Below, one piece after another: positions 35,068 to 44,000 of a stretch of 64,000 nt of DNA (its first letter is position 1; each line of letters begins with the position of its first letter). This stretch comes from Balanoglossus misakiensis (lineage: Eukaryota > Animalia > Hemichordata): assembly GCA_040954595.2 (NCBI GenBank), contig CM082593.2, positions 2,495,334 to 2,559,333 of the forward strand. Direction: 5' to 3'. The translations under genes and the position numbers were made by a program. The notes beneath the pieces are model-generated. The model ran no database searches and had not been told where the DNA came from. It worked only from the letters and a program-made list of their open reading frames with translations.

Positions 35068-35223
35068 ATGGACATCGAGGCAATATTGCACGAAATAAAT
35101 TTGGCAACGTTGGTAGAGAGGTTCAAATATGAGCGGATTGAAGCTCCCACCGTTCTTTCCATGACGGAAGGGGAAATAAAGAGATTGGGAGTTACAAGAG
35201 CAGGTGATCGAGTGCGACTCTGA
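35068..35223 (+). pseudogene. SAM-domain ORF, left-arm copy with premature stop
   Basis: MDIEAILHEINLATLVERFKYERIEAPTVLSMTEGEIKRLGVTRAGDRVRL*; TGA at 35221 where the right arm has CGA. Confidence 0.65.
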
Positions 35224-35433
35224 GACCTTTGCAAGGAAGCAACTCAGCCGTCACCGGCCTAGCTCTGCGTACAGGTCTGTGTGTTCCCGGCGTTACACAG
35301 CCTCCACCACAGCCCTGCAAGGCGCCATAGAAAAAACTGGTGCTTCTGCGGTCCGGATCCGGACTGCAGCTTTTTCGGCCGAAATTCAATTTTATCGAAG
35401 CAAAATCCTTTCCCTGTCTACTTCTGCCCCCTA

Positions 35434-35637
35434 ACCGACTCCAAATATGATGCGATTAACTTGTCCTAACGTCCGAACCGCTCGCTTTCTAAAACTTTTT
35501 TGTTTACCCATGGAGATAAACTTGCTGTAAGCTTTATATTTAATATGGCGATCTCAACATGTAAACACACAAAAATGAATCAAACGCGAGTGGTTCGGAC
35601 GTTAGGACAAGTTAATCGCATCATATTTGGAGTCGGT
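35434..35637. mobile_element. 204-bp MITE with 46-52-bp TIRs and TA target duplication
   Basis: TA|ACCGACTCCAAATATGATGCGATTAACTTGTCCTAACGTCCGAACC ... exact reverse complement at 35592-35637|TA. Confidence 0.8.
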
Positions 35638-35639
35638 TA

Positions 35640-36601
35640 GGGACCGTTCAGTTTTTACGGCCGGGGGGGGGGGGGCGGCAAAATCCAGGGGGGGGGGGGG
35701 TCACTTGAATTTTGAAGTCCACAAGGGGGGGGGGGGTCATCTGGTTTTTTTTAAACGTTTAGGGGGGGGGGGTCACATACTTTCGCCACGGAACTTTTGC
35801 TTTTGAGTCCACAAAATTGCAGTTTCGCACCCTTTATTTTACAAATAAACACCCCCTCCCACACCCACCCCCTTCATTATCCGCCACATGTCATTTTTTG
35901 CTGGTTTGTCTAGTGAACCAGGGCAGACTGCTTGCCACCCCAAAACCCACCGATGATAAAATTTAACAAAGTGAATACATAAAGGAGAATAATTGTTTAA
36001 ACCATTTTGCATAACTGATAGTTTCGCGCTGCATCTTCTATATACTAGAAGTTTTAAATGATGTCATGGCGAAGATGACGCCAAATCTTCTAACTTTGAG
36101 TGGAGTGGCAAAAAGTAAAATTGGTCCTCCCAAACATTGAGATAATTTGCTTTTGACTTCATTAAAATGCAACTTTACGCTACATATTTTACAAAATTTT
36201 CTTATGTGGGAGGGGTTGTCCCCCCTCCCACACCGACCCCCGTCACTTTTCTTGTTTTACCGATTCCTGCAACTATTGTATTGACTTGTCATTTTAATTT
36301 GTTCATAGATTTCTTTATTGCAATGATATACTATTATATACTTCAATAATACTTTAAGAAATTTATAATTGAGGTGTGAGGAGCCTCATTCCCTTTATTG
36401 CATACAGTGTACATAGGATCAGGACGGCGAATGTTTTGGGCGTGGGGGGGGGGTCATCATATTTTTGGGTCTGTCAAGGGGGGGGGCATCATTTTTTGGT
36501 CCTGGGTGAAGGGGGGGTCGGCCTGATTTTGAGAACCGATGACACAAACTTGCCGCCCCCCCCCCCCCCCCCCCCCCCCGCCGTGAAAACTGAACGGTCC
36601 C
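35640..36601. mobile_element. 962-bp non-autonomous PIF/Harbinger-like element with TTA target duplication
   Basis: TTA|GGGACCGTTCAGTTTT..poly-G ... poly-C..AAAACTGAACGGTCCC|TTA; a 3-bp TWA TSD and GGG..CCC ends fit PIF/Harbinger; internal (G)nTCA subrepeats. Confidence 0.75.
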
Positions 36602-36776
36602 TTAATAGGGGGCAGAAGTAGACAGGGAAAGGATTTTGCTTCGATAAAATCGAATTTCGGCCGAAAAAGCTGCAGTCCGGATCCGGACCGCAGAAGCACC
36701 AGTTTTTTCTATGGCGCCTTGCAGGGCTGTGGTGGAGGCTGTGTAACGCCGGGAACACACAGACCTGTACGCAGAG

Positions 36777-36971
36777 CTAGGCCGGTGACGGCTGAGTTGC
36801 TTCCTTGCAAAGGTCTCGGAGTCGCACTCGATCACCTGCTCTTGTAACTCCCAATCTCTTTATTTCCCCTTCCGTCATGGAAAGAACGGTGGGAGCTTCA
36901 ATCCGCTCATATTTGAACCTCTCTACCAACGTTGCCAAATTTATTTCGTGCAATATTGCCTCGATATCCAT
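36777..36971 (-). CDS. 64-aa SAM (sterile alpha motif)-like ORF in right arm, probably a truncated N-terminus of a transposon-borne gene
   Basis: MDIEAILHEINLATLVERFKYERIEAPTVLSMTEGEIKRLGVTRAGDRVRLRDLCKEATQPSPA*; pattern L..F..E.I....L.M...I..LGV...GDR..L matches the SAM consensus. Confidence 0.55.
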   Translation of the reverse strand: MDIEAILHEINLATLVERFKYERIEAPTVLSMTEGEIKRLGVTRAGDRVRLRDLCKEATQPSPA

Positions 36972-37090
36972 CTCTTTCGACTGCGACTGCCAGAGACGCG
37001 CAAAACAAACAGAAAATGGCCGACAATAAAATTGTGCGCCCTCTAGTGAGGTAGTAAACAAGTAAATAATAATAATACTTGCAAAGTGTC

Positions 37091-37631
37091 ATATAATCGT
37101 ACTACTTCAACATTAAATACTACTATTTATTTATAATATATTAACGAATCAAAATATAATCGTACTACTTCAACATTAAATACTACTATTTATTTATAAT
37201 ATATTAACGAATCAAAATATAATCGTACTACTTCAACATTAAATACTACTATTTATTTATAATATATTAACGAATCAAAATATAATCGTACTACTTCAAC
37301 ATTAAATACTACTATTTATTTATAATATATTAACGAATCAAAATATAATCGTACTACTTCAACATTAAATACTACTATTTATTTATAATATATTAACGAA
37401 TCAAAATATAATCGTACTACTTCAACATTAAATACTACTATTTATTTATAATATATTAACAAATCAAAATATAATCGTACTACTTCAACATTAAATACTA
37501 CTATTTATTTATAATATATTAACGAATCAAAATATAATCGTACCACTTCAACATTAAATACTACTATTTATTTATAATATATTAACGAATCAAAATATAA
37601 TCGTACTACTTCAACATTAAATACTACTATT
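37091..37631 (-). repeat. 63-bp minisatellite, ~8.6 copies, right arm (inverted)
   Basis: Reverse complement of 34408-34948, same 541-bp length. Confidence 0.95.
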
Positions 37632-37662
37632 GCTATACTTAAGACCCCTGAGGCTTGCCATA

Positions 37663-37841
37663 GATACCGTCTTTTGTGAAAGAGTGTATGTTGAATACAT
37701 GTCAACTGGCTGGTTGTGATTGTCATACAGATGTGAGATGTGAAATAATAAAGGACAACTGTACGTTTGGTCATTGTGTCGGACGTGTGGACGTGTGATT
37801 TTGCACCTAAACCACTTTTTTACAATGATGGTAAATATTTA
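37663..37841 (+). repeat. Right copy of 179-bp direct duplication
   Basis: Identical to 34198-34376. Confidence 0.95.
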
Positions 37842-39162
37842 TAGGTGGTGATGGACCTCTATAGCAAGGTGTGGTGTTAAGTCACTCGGTCAGCCAATTA
37901 ATGTTGTTTGTCCGTTGGTCGTGCTTGGAATCAAACCAGTCTGTCCTGATCTTCTGGTTGGCTGTCGACGGGTGAGTCAAGTGAGGGACCGAGATCTTGC
38001 ATCTGACCTGCATTAGGGTACTGTGCAAGTTGATTGGCAATGCTAAACTCCTCCTTTACAAGTGGTCTGTAAGTTTTCATGTGGCATCCAGAATGTCTGG
38101 GCGACAGTGGCTATCAAAACAGATCGGTGTATGTACAATATGAGTCGAACAGGGTGGGATTGAGTTATCAGTGCAGTGATTATCCAGGCATGGTGGTGGT
38201 TAACCTGAGGGATGTGAAGCTATTTCCATCAGTTGTACTGTGCTTATAGAGATCTTCGTCTTAGACACAACTCCAATGTTTCTGCTCCATTTCCTCTGCG
38301 ATTACGCTCTGAGGCACATGGCCGGGCCGACTGGTGAAAAAGCACGTCTGCTCAGGCTTTGTTTGGGCTATCTTATTTTTCCACACGAGCCAAATCTGAG
38401 TGTGTTTTGAAGTTTCTTATCAACTGCGCTGTGTCTCTGGGCAAGTCATCGGTGCCTTCGCTTTGCAAAATGCGCTCAGGTTTCATTTTGATGGAAATCA
38501 CATTTCTCAAAACTTTTCATGAACACACTTCATGTTAATTGGATTTGGGGATTTTTATTTCACTTTAATGAAATGTGGATGGATTGTTTTAACTACAACC
38601 AGGCACAAATCATTTGTTGGGATGCATTATTGGTATGCAGACAATATCCTTAAAAGTGGAAGATATTTTGAGATTAAGAAAATGGGAAAAAAATGTCTGG
38701 AGCTTTGAGAGTCCAATGGTTGCATGCACATTCTGATATACCACACACACTGCCGGTTTAACTCCAGTTTAAAAGCTAATTATCACAATTCACAGGCATG
38801 ACCCCTTGTGATGGAAAAAAGTCAGAAGTTGACCTCACTAGAGAACAAAAATCACACTCATTTGAAATTGCCCCCAAGTCAATAAAAGTTGTGGTCTGTG
38901 TTAAATCTTCTGTAATCAGTGTTCTGTCTCCAAAATGTCTGAAATATGTGAACGGATTAGTGTTTCGGATCAGTGTTCTGGTATATCGTATATGCTTTAA
39001 TAAAAGTATTTTCTTTTTGTCTAACCTTTTGCTTACAGATTGAAAAATTTCCATGGTAAGGAGAATAGCACAGAAATAGTGAAACTTTTATGAAGAAGAT
39101 GGCTGGACAAGACATACACATACACCAAGGCATTGTTGATCAGTTGACGAAGTAAAGGAGAG

Positions 39163-41047
39163 ATGATGGATGAAACGAACAACAACGATAATGTGTGCGG
39201 TGGAAAGTTGATATCGAAGGTGGATGAGTATCCACGCGTACGGAAAAGCGAAATGAGACACACCCAAAGTGGGACAGAAATACAAGAAGAGAAATATGCT
39301 TTTCAGTACGTGGCCGGCAAAATGAGGAAAAACACCAGCTGTCCGGGACAGATGTATATGGAATCTGTTTCCATTGGAACGGATGACAGCGATTCAGAGG
39401 GCGGAATCTCTATCACTGTTCCATCGGAGTCTGAACTTTCGACGAGCCTTGGGAGAGACGACACCAGTCATGATTTCATCATGATGGCGTCAGGGACTTC
39501 GAGCGAGCAGATCGACATGGATGATGATTGGGAAGCCATAACGCATCTCTGGCAAGATATTGAAAACGATAAAAGGCGATACGATGCAGCGGTCGTGCGA
39601 CATACATTGAAACACTCCATATCTTCCCCACCGCCCGTCCAGCACCGAGTTCCGCGAGCAGAGAGGAGTTACTCGTTGCCGGGTAACAGTGGTGTAGACC
39701 AATTAGAGAGGCTTGTCAAACTCATGGAGGAACTTTCTGAACTTAAAAAGCAGAATCTGGAGCTGAAGAAGCACTCGGATTACCTGGAAGCCATGAAGAA
39801 TTTACAAGAAATGAAGAACGAGTGTCTTGCCATGCATTGCAGTTGTTCGGCTGCCCAGCGATTTCTCAAACCGGGGTCTGTGAGCTTTGACATTGATCTG
39901 ACCTTTGAGGAGAACTCCTTGGAGAGTGAAAGCATAACAGCGGGTGTGGATGAAACTTACGGTGCCGAGGTAGAGCAACACCAGGCGAGCAAGCACGAAC
40001 GGAAAAGCCGGAGGACTCTCAATAAGAATTTCGAGATCCAGAGAAAGAGGAGTCGGTCGGTGGAGATCGGCCCCGGGGCAGCTGACGCCCTGGTGCAAGA
40101 AATGCACAAGCGTTCGCTGTCGCGATGGGAGAGGGTCAAGGAGAAATTGAGCGGGACAAAACATGTGAGTGTCAAACACAAGAAGAGTCACAAGCTGACA
40201 TCGAGGCAGAGCGCGCCCGTCATAGCTTCCTGCAGAGACGGCGCAGATGACAGCGAAGTCCTCACCAGAGCCGAAGACATCACAGAAACAAAGTCGATAG
40301 ACAGCGGTGCCTACTTTGAAACAGAGGAAAATCACCGGCGCCGAAAGAGGCTGATTTCGAACAGTCGGCAGTCAGATTTGTCAGAGAATGAAGAAACTTT
40401 CTATGAAAGTAAAAGCTCAAACTGGCTGGAGGTGCACAGTTACTTCACCAAGACCAGGAAAGACAGCGACCTGTCCACGAGTTCCTCAGACTTCGATCTG
40501 ACCTTTGAAAGCGAATCCAGAGGCCGGAAGGAGCGAGCCAAGCGGGATTTGGAGTTTGTCGCACACCGGCATCGCAGGAAGTCGTCTCCGCACGTACATC
40601 AGGAGCACAAGCAAGATTCCCAGTTGAATCGATCCTCCAGTCTGCAGGAGAAAGGAGTGACGGAGAACACTGGCCATGGGAATGATGGAAACGACTCAAA
40701 GGGGAAAAGTCTGACCTTGGGAAAGATGAAGGACATCATCTTACGGAAGGAAAGTGGTAAGAGAAAAAGCAAAAAGCACGGGTCGGAACAGGACTCCAGT
40801 AAGGACCTCCTGAAAGATGCCGCCATCTCTCTCGGCAGCGAGGATGCCACCAGACCAGAGGATGCATCTGTTACCGTGCCAACAACTTTCTCCCCAACGT
40901 CGTCGTTTAAGAGGAAACACAAGAAACACACAGCGGATGATTTACCCGTACAGGAGGAGAGAGAACTGCCGTTCTTGTCGCCGAAGGCAACCAGGAAATC
41001 CTTCCGTACCAAGGACTCTTCATCAGCAGCTCATAAAAAAGTTAAGG
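39163..41047 (+). CDS. Large gene coding exon 1
   Basis: 637-aa ORF; coiled coil LERLVKLMEELSELKKQNLELKK; donor G|GTGAGT. Confidence 0.88.
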
Positions 41048-44000
41048 GTGAGTTTCACTTTGTGACTTCTTTATAATACTGACTTGAGTCTACAGAATGC
41101 TGCAGTTGTACATGTGTTTTAATACAGTCAAATAGTAATGAAGAAAAGTTTGCGCAAGACTTTATTTATAAAAATCATTTCGGGGACATTTCAAGTCAAA
41201 TTTACCCATAAGGTAACCGTTATTGCATAACATGGGGGAAAGGAAATGTATGTTTACTGGAGTCAAGTCGTCCTCTAGCTCGCAATTTCTATATGTACCG
41301 TAGGCTGGGATAAAGTGAAACAAGCATTAGTGAAGAAAGATGCCTCTTCCTCAGGTGGGAAAGGAAAAGCCCAGGCCATGGATGACAGCATCTTGTCCGC
41401 TTTGAGGGGTGAAAATGTAGACCTGACCACTCTACTGGGAGGGGTGTCCGAAGAGTTTACCAGGAAGATGGAGGAATGGGAAACCAGGAAGCAGAAGAAG
41501 TCATCCGGAAGTAACAGTTCCGGACCGGGAAGTCCGGGAGCTAAAAGAAAGGGTAAGGATATGAAATGTTCTTCAGGTGTCTTTGGACTTATTTTCAAGG
41601 CACAATGTAACATACTACTTTAAAGACATTGAAAATGAACAAAAACATTGCAGTAAATGCTTCTCCCCCTTCCCTCTTTGAATAGCTGAATTTTAACTTT
41701 TTTTGTAATATTTGCACGTTCGATTTCATAAAAATGATTTTGTTGAAGCCGTAAAGATCTTCCTCCCTGCATCAGTTTACTTCTGTGTATTCAAGTTATA
41801 TTTTTCTGTTGTGCTGTCCGTTCTTGTTCACACTTTTTTATCAACCGTCAATCCCGCAGTAGCCAGAGTCAGGAGTACCTCTCCCCCCTCTGTCGCCGAT
41901 GGCGCGGTCTTCTCACCGGGCATTGATTGGTCCTCGCCTGTTATGTCGGCGCAGGATTATTACGAGGCTGCCCAGGCCAATCTTAGCGACAAATTCAGAA
42001 AGAAGTTATCTGAGTGGGAGAAAAAACAGAACAAACTCAGCGCCTCTTGTGAGTTTTGTGTTTATAGGAATGCAGTCACCTGTAATCAACATATGTCCAT
42101 ATATGGTCAAAACGGCATGTCTAATTCTTCGAACGATCATATAGGGGCGCACTTTTTTTCACATGGCCATTCACTGAAAATCAATGATTGGCTTTAATGA
42201 GACCTGGCATTTTTATTTCACCAGCATGGATGGACTTACACTTTAAAGTGTTCAGCATGAACATTTGCGTCTGGTTTGCATGTTGTACTAACCTTTAATC
42301 ACATTTAGCTTCTCGACATCTCTTTTAGATATCCACAATATTACTTTGTACTTGTATTACATATTTTGTTTGAAAAATTGTTTTGCAGGGTTATATCCTG
42401 TTTTGTAACTTACCTTTCCTGTGCAAATACTTAGCATGATGTGGTCATTTTGTATAATTGAACTGTATGATTGCACCTTTATCGCAATATGTGGTCATCA
42501 AATTTTATACCACAGTACAGCTACACAGTGATGTACATTCAAGACTTGATGGGTACCGTACTTAATTTTTGCATTTTGGAGTTGTGAGACAACTTTTAGC
42601 TGATGAGTGAATTCAGAGAATGGAGATTTCAAAAGAAAGTTTTTTATTACCATGACCTAGATACATTTTATCAAATCTTCCGTATCATTGGAGCAAAATT
42701 ACAGTTCCTCTGTCAATAGAGAACAAAAAAACACAGAAATTCCTGAAGTTTAACTGCCATAATATATTGGTCCACCGAGATTTTCCACTGAATATAAATT
42801 TACAGCTTCTCATAAATTAATTTCACGGTAACCGATCATTAATGTTGGCCACTCATATCCTAACTTTATGGATTTTTGTGTGTGAATGCCTGGTATTTTT
42901 ACCACCTCAGACGACGGGACGCATCAGTGAACTTTGATGGAGTCGAGCGTGGCGACTATCACAACGATCCTTCTGTTTTTCTGTGCTTTATGTTACATTT
43001 CAAGGTCACAGATAAAATGGCTGATTAGTCTAATGCTTTCATGCTACTACTGGTTCAATTATGTTGTTGGAAATTTGTTAGAAAAGCTTGTTTTAACCTT
43101 CAATACGCTCAGAAAACCATTGGAGATAATCCTGCAAAGTCCTGGAATTTTAAAATGAATTTGAAAGAGTATAAACTCTCAATGTGCATGATAAAGAAAT
43201 AAAGTTAACCGCTAATGAAAAATGTGTTCGATTTTCATGTTTTCTCTTTTTCCTGCATGGTTCTTGTCTCAGGTCCCAGCCCACTTGAGAGACTGAAGTC
43301 AGTCTCCAACGAGACATCACCAACTGAAACGTCACCACAGATGTCAGTGGAGGAACTGCAGAAGAACATCTCGGATAAATTTTCCAAGAAGATCGAGGAG
43401 TGGGAGAGGAAGAAACAGCGAGGAGTCAGCATGAAGGAGAAACGGGAGAGGCATGATCCGGAGGAGAGGAGGACGAAGAGTGAGAGCGTCCCGGAGACGG
43501 CGAATCGAGTTGAAATTTACAGTACTGAAAGTGTGACCGTTTTCAAGACGAGGGAAGGCAGGCTGGAGTACGAAGGAGTCAGTGAGGAGTTCGAAAAGAA
43601 ACTTGCACAGTGGGAGAAGAAGAAACACTTGAAGGTGCCCCCACCGGGCGATACAGACGCGAAGGCCCACCGAGTGGATACTGTGGGGGATAGTGAAACA
43701 GCGCCCCCATCGATGAGAAAGTTTAGTGATGGAGCCATCAGTTTGGCTAGTAATAAACTAGAGCTGTCGTCCAGGTCGCGGACAAGGTCAAGGACAGGGT
43801 CGCTAGATTCAGATGACACTGATATTAGTAGTGTGTTTCAGTCTTCGCCCGTGACCCCGGTCATCGTGGAGCCAGAGAGTGCTGTTCTGTTGTTCGCGGA
43901 CCACGGTTTGCACATAGTCGGTGTTGAACAGCCGAGTAATAAAGCGGCAACAGTGAACGGGCCTTCGCACTCATCAACGCCAATCTCCGCAAGTGAGAAC

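Larger units (their letters stand above)
34377..37662. mobile_element. Non-autonomous palindromic (foldback) DNA element with 1057-bp inverted arms; termini IS3EU-like
   Basis: 34377-35433 is the reverse complement of 36606-37662 with about 6 substitutions; termini TATGGCAAGCC...GGCTTGCCATA; no transposase. The IS3EU assignment rests on recalled TAY..RTA termini. Confidence 0.88.

Noticed and set aside
42911-43030. Possible extra exon after cctcAG (42909-42910)
   Set aside because: Stop codon in the required phase 1 and no good donor; exon 3 joins exon 4 in frame without it.
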